IMG/VR virus record: IMGVR_UViG_3300045131_002362
Coordinates: 1 to 64,000 of that record
From: a virus
Direction: 5' to 3' (one strand)
DNA: 64,000 nt
Position 1 is the stretch's first letter; each line of letters starts with the position of its first letter. This document shows positions 34,332 to 43,279 of this stretch, piece after piece. The notes below the pieces were generated by a model, which was given only the letters and a program-made list of their open reading frames with translations, was not told the origin of the DNA and ran no database searches. The translations under genes were made by a program, and so were the position numbers.

Positions 34332-35597
34332 TTAGAACGGCAGGCGTTCGTCGTCCGCCGTCGGCTCGTTGGCGGGCTGGCGCACGGCCTGCGGTGTCAC
34401 CTTCCACAGGGAGGCGACGCAGCGACGAAGGGCTGCGATGTTGGCCGCGCCGGTCAGCGACAGATCGTGCGCCGATCCGCCCTTGGCCGCGCCGTACTTG
34501 ACCAGCTCGTCGACTTCCATCGCAAGCAGGTCTTCCCATGACGGGGCTTCGAGGTTCGACACATCCTCGTAACGCACCGGCTGCGTGTCCGCCTTGGGCG
34601 GCTGCCCGGTCTGCTGGCCTGCGGGCGCCTGCTTGCGGGGGTTGAGGATCGCGTCGACGCGCTCGCGGGTCGCTGCGGCCAGCTCCTCGGCGGGCGAGTG
34701 GTTGACGAGCGCGTACACGTCGACCAGCTCCGTGCCGTCCTTAGCGTCCTTGCCCTTGCCCAGCTCAGGCCACCAGATGTCGCTGGCCTTGCCGACACCC
34801 TCGATCGCCTTCATCGGCGTGATCTTCGAGAGCTTCCAGTACGGCGCGGGGGCACGCTTCGACTTCGCGTCGCCGCCGCCCTCGTCCTGATAGGTGGCGC
34901 GGACGTACTCAGCCACGAGCCAGCGCGCGCCGTCCCCGTTGCTGTAGTAGTCGCTCGGCAACACCTCGCCGGCCAGCAGCTTCTTCGGCGTCGCGAGCTG
35001 TGCGACCATATCGAAGAAGTTGTCATGCTTGGCATTCGACGCCTGCTCATTCGTCAGCGCCGTCGTCCAGCAGCGGATGCCGAGATCCTCGCCGTTGAAG
35101 TACACGCGACTGATCACGAGCGCAGTCTGCTTGGTGCCGAAGCCCGTCTGCTTCATGATGTCGTCCTTCGTGACCGAGCCGCTCTTGTAAGCCTCGCTCT
35201 TGAACAGCTCCATGCGCCCGTCGCACACCGCGCAGCGGCCCGTGCGGGTCGAGGCGGGACACACGCGGTCGGTGTAGGTGAACCCGAACCGCTTGTGGTA
35301 GCTGAACGGGTAGAACGGCAGCAGGTTGCCGATGTGCTCGCCCGTCACCGTGCTCGGCAGGTGAGCGAGCAGATCCTTCGTCACGAGGATACCCAGGATG
35401 CGGTGCGCCACCTCCAGCGTTGCCTCCTGCGTCTCCTTGGCCAGCGGCAGGCTGAACTCGCCCGCGATCAGCCTCGGGTTGAACTCCCCGTCGAACTTGA
35501 CGAGGGGGCGCTCGACGGCGCTGCTGCTACCCTGCTCGCCAGCACTCTTCACGTAATCCGTCTGGTTTACGTTCGCTACTCCGTATGTCTTCTTCAT
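34332..35597 (-). CDS. gp32-like single-stranded DNA-binding protein
   Basis: YH...VCP...CAVC zinc motif; acidic C-terminal DDERLPF; GGAG SD. Confidence 0.7.
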   Translation of the reverse strand: MKKTYGVANVNQTDYVKSAGEQGSSSAVERPLVKFDGEFNPRLIAGEFSLPLAKETQEATLEVAHRILGILVTKDLLAHLPSTVTGEHIGNLLPFYPFSYHKRFGFTYTDRVCPASTRTGRCAVCDGRMELFKSEAYKSGSVTKDDIMKQTGFGTKQTALVISRVYFNGEDLGIRCWTTALTNEQASNAKHDNFFDMVAQLATPKKLLAGEVLPSDYYSNGDGARWLVAEYVRATYQDEGGGDAKSKRAPAPYWKLSKITPMKAIEGVGKASDIWWPELGKGKDAKDGTELVDVYALVNHSPAEELAAATRERVDAILNPRKQAPAGQQTGQPPKADTQPVRYEDVSNLEAPSWEDLLAMEVDELVKYGAAKGGSAHDLSLTGAANIAALRRCVASLWKVTPQAVRQPANEPTADDERLPF

Positions 35598-35690
35598 CTG
35601 TGTAACTCCGTATCGGCATTTTGCCCCGCATCGGGCGTTGCCGGTTGTCTGTTTCATTCTGGAGAAGCGGCACCCGCCGCCTCTCACACT

Positions 35691-35722
35691 CATTATATCC
35701 GAATCCGCATCGTTCACGCGCC
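35691..35722 (-). promoter_or_regulatory. Phage-specific promoter copy 3
   Basis: GGCGCGTGAA-N9-TTCGGATATAATG. Confidence 0.8.
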
Positions 35723-35980
35723 GTAAATCAGCACGAAAAAGACGATTGCAGTCACTAGCACGCCGGCAAGAAAATCGGCCACCATCATGACCTTCTCCTT
35801 GCGACGAAGCTTTTCAGCTTCGGCCTCCGCCGTCGCGACAGCCTTCCGAAGCACGTCCCGCTCCCTGCGGTACTGCTCCACGAACCTGATGTGCGCGGAC
35901 TTCACACGGTGAAGATCCATTTTGAGCAGCATTACCTGTCTCGCATAATCCGTCTTCAACATTTCCCTCTGTCGTTCCAT
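35714..35980 (-). CDS. Coiled-coil protein with C-terminal TM helix
   Basis: AAGGAGG SD; FLAGVLVTAIVFFVLI. Confidence 0.65.
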   Translation of the reverse strand: MERQREMLKTDYARQVMLLKMDLHRVKSAHIRFVEQYRRERDVLRKAVATAEAEAEKLRRKEKVMMVADFLAGVLVTAIVFFVLIYGA

Positions 35981-35990
35981 GTCGCCCTCC

Positions 35991-37994
35991 TTAATCGAAC
36001 AGGTCGTCCGAATCGTCCTCTTCAACCACCTTCTTCGCGATCTTGTCAGTCGCGTACCATTTCAGGTCGATGTCCTCGACTTTCACCTTTTCAGCCAGCG
36101 CCGCGAACTGCGGACAGCCGGTCGCCTTGCGGCGCTTGCGGAACGACAGATCGTCAGACATGTCACCGAAGAGCCCGTCGTCCATCTTGCCGTCGTCCTT
36201 GCACACGATCTCAATATCGCTCGCCTTCTTCGAGTTCGGCGCGACCGGAACCACGTCGAGCCACTCGCGCCGGTCCTCCTTTCCGTTTACACTGAAGCAC
36301 TCGCTGTTCTTATCGCGCTTCAGCTCTAGCGCGAAGCTGTCGATCGTGAGTCCGTCCGTGGGCATCACGCGCCCGTCATTGAGTGCAGCGTACACCCGAG
36401 ACTCGTAAAGATATGGAACGACTGTGCAGTGCTTGAGATTGTACCAGGTGCCTTTCTTTTTGAGTTTGCCAGATCCTACGGGCTTGCCCGGCTTGGGCAT
36501 CTCCCGCGCCACGTAGTTCGATATGTCCTTCTGGTACATCTGCTCGAACTCCGTCCATTCCATCTCCAACCGAGTGCGCTTCTCGAAGGCCGCTACAATC
36601 TCGCGGATCTGCGCCATCGACTCGTCTGTGCGGCTCAGCAGCCGGAAGAAGATTCCGTCCGTGTTCGACTGTACCAACTCGATGTGCCGCTCCAGCTTCT
36701 CCAGCAGGTCGGTCATGAGCAACTGGCCCGTGATCGTGACGCCGCAGAAGTTGTACGGATCGTACATCTCGCTCTTGTCGAAGCCCATGCTGCCGAAGCT
36801 GCCGTTGAGGCACAGCTTCAGCCCCTCGGCCCGCTTGTCGCCGCGCGGCTTGTAAACCTTCGTGCGCAGGTCGATCAGGTTGCCAAATAGCGTCCTATCG
36901 TAACCGATCACGCGGCGGGACAGGAAGTTGTAATGGCGCATGATGTTGGGATACAGCGACGCAGCGTCCAACGACCAGATGCCACCGCCCTTCAGCGACC
37001 ACACGCCGGGAGGGCAGCCGTGGACGCCGCCGATACCGTAGACGTGCGGTATGCCGCAGACCTTCTTCAGCACGACGCCCGTGCCGCCCGTCTTGCGGCT
37101 GGACATGGCACGCAACTGCCCGAGCGTCTTCTCGCTGTACGCCTTTAGGATGTCGCGGTGCTTCCAGATCCGGATCTCCTTCGGAACGACGTACCGCTGG
37201 CTCTCCCAGTCCTCCGGTACGGCGAAATTCTCCTCCTTGGCGTTTAGCACGATCGCGGTGATGCGTGGCTTCGTCATCTCCCAATCGACGCCCTTGTCGC
37301 CGTAGTCGTCCACAAGAACGCGGCGTGCGTTCAGGCACGGGTCCCAGCCTTCGCCCGATAGCAACAGCAGCGCAGTAGCGCAGCAGTCGTACAGACAATA
37401 CTTCGACACCTCAGAGCGCTCACCCTTGCTAAGGTGCCGCCTGTCGAACGGAACCGAGCTGCGCATGATGTTGTATCCGTTCAGACGCTCCCAGCGCTTC
37501 AGGCCGCACTCGGGTATCTTGCGCTCGTTCGGAGGCACGCCGATCTTCTTCTGGCCGATGTCGAAGCCGATGTCGAACGTGCGCCCCGTCCACTCAGGCT
37601 TGCGTCCACGCTCGCCGCTGCGCCAGGGCAGGTCAAGTTGACCGACAGCGTTGACCAGCTCGTCGGAAAGCCGCTTTACAGCCGCCTCGTCCGCGCCGGC
37701 CAGGATCGCGTCCGTCAGTTTGTTGTCGAAGTTCTTGTTGTTGAAGCCAACGGCCACAACGCTCATGTCGCGCAGAAAGACCTGCCGCAGCACGCGGCGG
37801 ATCTCGTCGCAGCCCCACACGCTCCAGACGTGGCCGGTCGCCACGTCCAGCATTGTCAGGTGCGTGTCGTCCGGGAACGTCTCATAATCGTGGACGATGA
37901 AGCGCTGCTTGAACGTGCGCCGCGCGTCCTCGCTCAGCTCGCCGAAGCGCTTCTTGAACGTCTCCACCACCTCCGCGACCGTCGCGTCTTTCAT
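35991..37994 (-). CDS. Family B DNA polymerase with 3'-5' exonuclease
   Basis: Exo HDYET, GFNNKNFD, YCLYD; pol SLDAASLYP, KLCLNGSFG, SNTDG. Confidence 0.9.
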   Translation of the reverse strand: MKDATVAEVVETFKKRFGELSEDARRTFKQRFIVHDYETFPDDTHLTMLDVATGHVWSVWGCDEIRRVLRQVFLRDMSVVAVGFNNKNFDNKLTDAILAGADEAAVKRLSDELVNAVGQLDLPWRSGERGRKPEWTGRTFDIGFDIGQKKIGVPPNERKIPECGLKRWERLNGYNIMRSSVPFDRRHLSKGERSEVSKYCLYDCCATALLLLSGEGWDPCLNARRVLVDDYGDKGVDWEMTKPRITAIVLNAKEENFAVPEDWESQRYVVPKEIRIWKHRDILKAYSEKTLGQLRAMSSRKTGGTGVVLKKVCGIPHVYGIGGVHGCPPGVWSLKGGGIWSLDAASLYPNIMRHYNFLSRRVIGYDRTLFGNLIDLRTKVYKPRGDKRAEGLKLCLNGSFGSMGFDKSEMYDPYNFCGVTITGQLLMTDLLEKLERHIELVQSNTDGIFFRLLSRTDESMAQIREIVAAFEKRTRLEMEWTEFEQMYQKDISNYVAREMPKPGKPVGSGKLKKKGTWYNLKHCTVVPYLYESRVYAALNDGRVMPTDGLTIDSFALELKRDKNSECFSVNGKEDRREWLDVVPVAPNSKKASDIEIVCKDDGKMDDGLFGDMSDDLSFRKRRKATGCPQFAALAEKVKVEDIDLKWYATDKIAKKVVEEDDSDDLFD

Positions 37995-38155
37995 GTACGC
38001 CTGTCCTTTTTCATAGGCAACAACGCCCGTCTTGCCTTCTTCGCCGCGTTTCGGCACACTCGATCACAATATTTCTTCGGTGTGCCTTTGCCGTCGTCAA
38101 AGCTGTGCAGCGGAAAGCCGCACCAAACACACGGAACAATATTCGTTATCGTCAC
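37991..38155 (-). CDS. Small zinc-finger protein
   Basis: CVWCG...YCDRVCR. Confidence 0.55.
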   Translation of the reverse strand: MTITNIVPCVWCGFPLHSFDDGKGTPKKYCDRVCRNAAKKARRALLPMKKDRRT

Positions 38156-38538
38156 GCCTTCTTCTCCTTCCTGGCCTTGCGCCATTCCGCCGTGCGCGTT
38201 TTGTGGCACGCGTTGCAAAGGGTCCTCATGTTCTCGAGCACCGTCGCCCCGCCCTCGCAGAACGGCACGATGTGGTCGTGCTCCTCGCGCGTCGTCTCTC
38301 TACCCGCCCACCACGCCTTCCACTGCTCTTGTGTGTATCCGAAGCCGGCGACCGGCCTCGTGCGGCGCCACGCGAGATAATTGGCGCGGATGTCCGTGCC
38401 GCAGATCTGGCAGATGTGCTTGTCGCGGGCGATCACCGCAAGCTTGACCCAGTACGGGGTGATGTCGTATCCGTAAACCGGATGCGCTTCCCTTCCGGGC
38501 ATCGGGTTGCAGAGGCGGCACTTACAATGATCGCTCAT
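38152..38538 (-). CDS. HNH endonuclease
   Basis: RDKHICQICG...DHIVP..EGG...NMRTLCNACH. Confidence 0.9.
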   Translation of the reverse strand: MSDHCKCRLCNPMPGREAHPVYGYDITPYWVKLAVIARDKHICQICGTDIRANYLAWRRTRPVAGFGYTQEQWKAWWAGRETTREEHDHIVPFCEGGATVLENMRTLCNACHKTRTAEWRKARKEKKA

Positions 38539-38744
38539 GGCTTGCCTTTCAGGACCAGCTCGTCCACCATATCGTCGAAGTTCTCACCGCGAATATTGCG
38601 CGCGCAGAGATCTTTGAACGCGAACCAATCCAGCTTGCGCAGAGCCTCATAGCGCAGGTAGCCGGCCGCTAGATCGAGCTTATCGTGCCTTGCCGCGAGG
38701 ATTGTTAGCGTACCAAAACGAGCCTGACTTTCTTTGAGTGTCAT
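38535..38744 (-). CDS. Hypothetical protein
   Basis: Coupled ORF with GGAG SD. Confidence 0.6.
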   Translation of the reverse strand: MTLKESQARFGTLTILAARHDKLDLAAGYLRYEALRKLDWFAFKDLCARNIRGENFDDMVDELVLKGKP

Positions 38745-39442
38745 CAGAAAATCTCCTGTTGGAGAAAGTATGGCACAGACCACTGGGCGGCGAAAGCTTT
38801 CGCGATGCCCTCGTACGTTCTCGAACGGATCTTCGACCGGTCGGACGACGGCGGCAAGCGGTTCTGCCCACTCGCCGTCTGGTCGGCCCAGCGAAACAAA
38901 GTTTTCTTGCTTGGGGAATAGTGAGTTTGCGAATATCTGTGCCCATTGCCATCACGATAGTCGGTTCCGTCAGAATTCTGTTGAAATATCGGTTGGCAGA
39001 TCGCCGTCGGCACGATCTTCGGCAAGCCCTTGAGCCACAGGCACGTCTTCTTCGACTCCGGGCACCCGTGCTCATACGGCTGGATGATCTGGTCGGGCTT
39101 GCGCCAAAGCCGCGACATGATGCAGACCGGGTTCTCGATGGCCACGCGCGGAATGTGGTCGAGCCGCGTGAACGCCATGAAGAAGTCGATACCGGCCTGC
39201 TGCCGCCCGTCTGCGATCTTCTCTTTGAACCAAGCCGCGCCACTCACCGCGATATGGGTACACGGCGGATGGCAGATCGCCAGGTCCCAGGCGGCCTTTG
39301 CCACTTCCAACGCGTCGGCCTTATAGTGATACGGGCTGCCGTCGTCCGCAGCTTGTAGATCGCAGCTCCAAGCGTCGTGACCGAGGGCGCGGAAAGCCTC
39401 TCGAACTACGCCAGAACACTCGCACAAAACAACAACACGCAT
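38744..39442 (-). CDS. Phage DNA cytosine methyltransferase-like protein
   Basis: CECSGVVREAF, HPPCT, IENP, KKTCLWL, RSRTYEGIA. Confidence 0.8.
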   Translation of the reverse strand: MRVVVLCECSGVVREAFRALGHDAWSCDLQAADDGSPYHYKADALEVAKAAWDLAICHPPCTHIAVSGAAWFKEKIADGRQQAGIDFFMAFTRLDHIPRVAIENPVCIMSRLWRKPDQIIQPYEHGCPESKKTCLWLKGLPKIVPTAICQPIFQQNSDGTDYRDGNGHRYSQTHYSPSKKTLFRWADQTASGQNRLPPSSDRSKIRSRTYEGIAKAFAAQWSVPYFLQQEIF

Positions 39443-39446
39443 TGAA

Positions 39447-39698
39447 CTACTCCATAATTGAAACTCGTGTGCACAAATCGTTCTCTTCTTCGAGAGGGCC
39501 AACAAATGCAAACACATCATCGGGTGCTGGGCAAACCTTCATTCCGGAAAAGGGATAAGACCACTCGTTGCCGCTCCAAAACATGAATCTGCGCTCTTCA
39601 AAGATACGCGCCATATTTTCGTATGCCCGGCGATACCGCACAACCGCGTATGTCCCGATTTCACTCGGTGTCCCTATTGTGAATTCAATTTTGCTCAT
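39447..39698 (-). CDS. Hypothetical protein
   Basis: ORF in operon. Confidence 0.5.
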   Translation of the reverse strand: MSKIEFTIGTPSEIGTYAVVRYRRAYENMARIFEERRFMFWSGNEWSYPFSGMKVCPAPDDVFAFVGPLEEENDLCTRVSIME

Positions 39699-39702
39699 GT
39701 CT

Positions 39703-39930
39703 TCAGCCCTTCTCGTAGAATTCGACGAGCACGAACTGCCAGTTCCACGCAAAATCGTGTTCGTAATTTTTGATGAGCTGGTGGAACCTCGCATGCGCCT
39801 CGCTCTCATTCGGGAAGCTGCCTTTGTACCCGTTGAAGGGCTCCTTGCCCTCTTCCGCGTTGCCGATCTCGCCCGGCTCGACCAGCACGCCACCGTCGAG
39901 CAGCACCTTCCAACAATAGCGTTTCCTCAT
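39703..39930 (-). CDS. Hypothetical protein
   Basis: ATGA coupling. Confidence 0.55.
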   Translation of the reverse strand: MRKRYCWKVLLDGGVLVEPGEIGNAEEGKEPFNGYKGSFPNESEAHARFHQLIKNYEHDFAWNWQFVLVEFYEKG

Positions 39931-40616
39931 ACCCTCACCACCTCGCTCTTTTCATAACCGATCTTGCGCACCTCGTACACGATGACGCCGGGCTCGCCGG
40001 CAATCACGTCGAGACTCTCGTCCGTCGCGGAGGCGTCGCCGATGTCGCTCTGGTGGACGACGACGGCCTGGATGTCGAGAGCGACGCATGTGTTGTACAG
40101 CATGCGCAGCGCACGCCTGCGGCCCGCAGAGCCGTGTAGGTTGCGGAACGGCTCGTCCAGCACAAGGACGCGCGAGGGCGCAGGCTGCTCGATAACGACA
40201 ACGCAGGGCCGCAGCGCGAAGCTGAGCGTGTCCCACAGGCCGCCACCGGCGCAGTCGAAAGGATGGGCCTCGTCGCCAGCCTCCGTGCGCAGCAGCAGCT
40301 CGCACTCCGTCTTGCCCCGGTTCTCCCGGAAGCGCACGACGAAGGCGTCCTTGCGCCGGTCGTGGAAGACGTGGTGCATCGCCTTGGTGACGATCGCGCC
40401 TACGTAGTTGCCGAAGCCGCTCTGCACGCGCGCCGCGACGTACTGCACTGTCTTCTGCACCGCGTCGATGTCAGTCTGCACGGCGCGCGCCGCGTCCAGC
40501 TTCACGCGCGCCTCTTCCAGCCTTGAACGCACCAGCAATCTTTGAGAGAAGAGAGCGTCTCGGCGCTGGCGAAGGCTTGCCACGCTTGCAATAGGGCAGC
40601 TTGATTCTGTCTGCAT
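39927..40616 (-). CDS. SbcC/Rad50-like ATPase, C-terminal half
   Basis: Coiled coil, signature-like AGGG, Walker B VLVLDEPF, VVVH. Confidence 0.85.
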   Translation of the reverse strand: MQTESSCPIASVASLRQRRDALFSQRLLVRSRLEEARVKLDAARAVQTDIDAVQKTVQYVAARVQSGFGNYVGAIVTKAMHHVFHDRRKDAFVVRFRENRGKTECELLLRTEAGDEAHPFDCAGGGLWDTLSFALRPCVVVIEQPAPSRVLVLDEPFRNLHGSAGRRRALRMLYNTCVALDIQAVVVHQSDIGDASATDESLDVIAGEPGVIVYEVRKIGYEKSEVVRV

Positions 40617-40890
40617 GAATGATTCCTTTCTGCTCGAATTCCTCACCCGGCTGCCGCGATCCGCGACACGCCGGAAACTTCACACACCCGTAGAATGGCC
40701 CGTGCGGGCCTGTCGTAACCAGCCTCGTCTTCGCACCGCACTCGGGACACTCGCCCGGTCCGCAAGGGCGGTCGCTATACAGCCTGCCCTCCGCAGCGTA
40801 CGCGCCGTCGAAAAGCGGCTCCTCGTCGTCCGCCCAGTACGAATCGTAAAGGCCGCTCCACATCTCCATGTCATCGGTTGTGTCGCTCAT
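40471..40890 (-). CDS. Topoisomerase-type C4 zinc-finger protein
   Basis: CPECG...FYGCVKFPACRG. Confidence 0.7.
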   Translation of the reverse strand: MSDTTDDMEMWSGLYDSYWADDEEPLFDGAYAAEGRLYSDRPCGPGECPECGAKTRLVTTGPHGPFYGCVKFPACRGSRQPGEEFEQKGIIHADRIKLPYCKRGKPSPAPRRSLLSKIAGAFKAGRGAREAGRGARRAD

Positions 40891-41360
40891 GGTCTGCCGC
40901 CTATGCTGTATTCCGGGATGTCTGTCAACACTCCGTTGAACTTCAGAAGCACTCCGGCCTTCTCAAGCGCGTCATGAGCACTGTCACCACGCGCTTTGGC
41001 TCGTTCGTGCTCGTTCATGCGGATGCGGGCGATCATGCGCTGTTTGTAATAAAGCGAATAGAGCGCCGCCACAGGAGACCGGTGCGCGAACTTCTTGATC
41101 GCCGTCTTACACACGCGCTTCGGCTTGAACAGCGGAATGACACGATGACCATCCGAGAGAAAGCCTACCGTCTCAAAGCACCGTGTCTCTGACAGCACAT
41201 CGTATTCGATGCACAAGGGGTTAGCTTCGTCGTACTTCCCAAAATACCAGCGATACCTCTTAGCGGGATCGGGAACGAAGTCCTTCGCGAGATACTTTGC
41301 AAGATCATCGCGTTTCTCGGCGCAGGTCGCGAGAATGTTTCCGTCAAACAAACGATTCAT
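40887..41360 (-). CDS. Hypothetical protein
   Basis: ORF in operon. Confidence 0.6.
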   Translation of the reverse strand: MNRLFDGNILATCAEKRDDLAKYLAKDFVPDPAKRYRWYFGKYDEANPLCIEYDVLSETRCFETVGFLSDGHRVIPLFKPKRVCKTAIKKFAHRSPVAALYSLYYKQRMIARIRMNEHERAKARGDSAHDALEKAGVLLKFNGVLTDIPEYSIGGRP

Positions 41361-41364
41361 TTCA

Positions 41365-41619
41365 TCACCCACCTCTCCCGAAAAGGATCGAGTCGAGTTC
41401 TCTCGCCAGATCCTTCAGCGTGTATCCCGTGCAGTGTCTCTTGGCGCCGAAAGCCTGCACCGACAGGGTTTTCAGCGAGGCCGAAATGCGCTTCACCTTT
41501 GCGACATCCTCCTCGGTGAGCCGCTGCTTGCACACGCAGCAGATCGACTCGAAGCCGCCGGATCTCGCGGCGATCTTCTCTTTCAGCGCGGAGCGATCAG
41601 ATGGTGTCATCGTTGTCAC
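41365..41619 (-). CDS. Hypothetical protein
   Basis: GTGA coupling. Confidence 0.5.
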   Translation of the reverse strand: MTTMTPSDRSALKEKIAARSGGFESICCVCKQRLTEEDVAKVKRISASLKTLSVQAFGAKRHCTGYTLKDLARELDSILFGRGG

Positions 41620-41766
41620 TTCAGCCTTCTCCAGATTGGACAATTCTCGATCTTGCACTTTCCATAGGTGAATGGGCGAGTCGTTCGATTGCTCGCATTG
41701 GCACATGCCCCGAGATCAAGATGCGAGCAGTTCCGCTTGAGTTGTCGAAAGGTTATCTCTTTCTTC

Positions 41767-42705
41767 TCAGATGCTGTTGATGATGTCACGGAGAAGCCTC
41801 CTCTGATTTTCGGTGAACACAAGTTCGCCGCACTTGCCTTCCTTCTCGATGCGCTCCAGCCCGGCCTTGAACGTGTCGCCGTATTGGAAGCCACCCGCGA
41901 GGGCCTCGCTGAACTCGTCCTTCTTGTCCTCCCGGCCCTTGTCCGCGTCCGAGCGCTCCAGCTCAAACACGTCCTTCTCGCCGACGAAGACGTTCTCGAC
42001 GCTCATGTCGTCGAACAGGACGCAGAAGCGCGGCTGCTGTTCCTTGTAGCGCACGTCGCTGCGTGTGAAGCAGCCGATGTTGTGGAACTCGACGCCGCCG
42101 ACCGTCACGTCGAACGCCTTGTGGTTGTCGCCCGAGAACACCATGTCGTAGCCGAGCGCCTTGTACTTCGCGGCTTCCACCGCCACATTGCCCTCCGTCT
42201 GGCCGGGAAACACGGGCGTGTTGTGCCACAGCGTCTTGTGCGTGACGAGGACCGACAACTTTGTGTCGTGACTCGGCTGCGGTATCACGTCGCCCCAGCC
42301 GGCGCCGTAAACAGAGACAGCTTTGTCAAGTTCGTAGGTTGAACCCGAGAAGTTCCTCATCGACGGTCCGGCCTCGTCGAACAGGGCATTCAGCGAGGTC
42401 ATGCGGTCATTCGCGTTATGGTGAAATCGGTCGTGCTGGCCAGGCACGACGTAGAGCCGCACATGCGGCCAGAAGTGCTCGCGCAGCACATCCCGCAGCG
42501 TCCACCAGTCGTTGAAGCTGCGGCTGATGTCGAACGTGTCGCCGGCCACGAAGCCGGGGATGCCGTGCTTACGCAGATATCCCGCGAACTTCACCAGCTT
42601 CGCGCCGATCACCTCGTTGAACGGACACGTCTCGCGCCGGTACTCGGGCGTCCGCGTCATCCAGTGGATGTCGGCCGCGAAGGCCGCTATCGGTTTCTTG
42701 CTCAT
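41767..42705 (-). CDS. SbcD/Mre11-like metallophosphoesterase nuclease
   Basis: ADIH, AGDTFD, PGQHD, VTH, SGDNH. Confidence 0.9.
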   Translation of the reverse strand: MSKKPIAAFAADIHWMTRTPEYRRETCPFNEVIGAKLVKFAGYLRKHGIPGFVAGDTFDISRSFNDWWTLRDVLREHFWPHVRLYVVPGQHDRFHHNANDRMTSLNALFDEAGPSMRNFSGSTYELDKAVSVYGAGWGDVIPQPSHDTKLSVLVTHKTLWHNTPVFPGQTEGNVAVEAAKYKALGYDMVFSGDNHKAFDVTVGGVEFHNIGCFTRSDVRYKEQQPRFCVLFDDMSVENVFVGEKDVFELERSDADKGREDKKDEFSEALAGGFQYGDTFKAGLERIEKEGKCGELVFTENQRRLLRDIINSI

Positions 42706-43022
42706 TCGGGCCTCCATTCGGGATCAGACGTGAGTTCGGGCACCCGGATCTCACAGCGCGTCTTCTTATCCGCGTCGATCACGAGCAGCTTGCCGGAGAT
42801 CTCCTTGGCGTACCGGACAACCGCGAGCGCCGGAGACGCCCCGTTTCCGTGTTCGCCGCAAAGGATGCGACCGTCCTTCGTCTCGGCGCCTTTGAAACTG
42901 GCGTAATAGCGCATCATCGGATCAGGATGATTTTCGCGCTCGACCACGCGCATCGTAAGTCCGTGCTTTTCGGCAAAGGCTTGCAGCGTCATGCGCTCGG
43001 CCCGCTTTATTTCGATCTTCAC
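42702..43022 (-). CDS. Hypothetical protein
   Basis: Coupled ORF. Confidence 0.6.
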   Translation of the reverse strand: MKIEIKRAERMTLQAFAEKHGLTMRVVERENHPDPMMRYYASFKGAETKDGRILCGEHGNGASPALAVVRYAKEISGKLLVIDADKKTRCEIRVPELTSDPEWRPE

Positions 43023-43279
43023 GCCCGCACCCCCACGGCAGCCTCGACGGCCAATACCGCCGCCTCGGCTTTACGATTGGCCTCCTCGGCCTCGGCGGTG
43101 AGCCGCACGGCCTCGGCGCGCTTCTCCTCGACCTTGGCGCTCAGCTCCTCGACAGTCGAGCAGCCGTATTTCTCCTTCGCCTCCAGAAGCAGCGCCGCGC
43201 GCTTCTCGTTGTTCTGCCGGTTGCGCTCGCTGGCCACCGCCAGCCTCTGTTGCAGCTCGTTCAGGTTCGCCATAGTCAT
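43019..43279 (-). CDS. Small coiled-coil protein of the SbcCD module
   Basis: KEKYGCSTVEEL flanked by heptads. Confidence 0.65.
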   Translation of the reverse strand: MTMANLNELQQRLAVASERNRQNNEKRAALLLEAKEKYGCSTVEELSAKVEEKRAEAVRLTAEAEEANRKAEAAVLAVEAAVGVRA

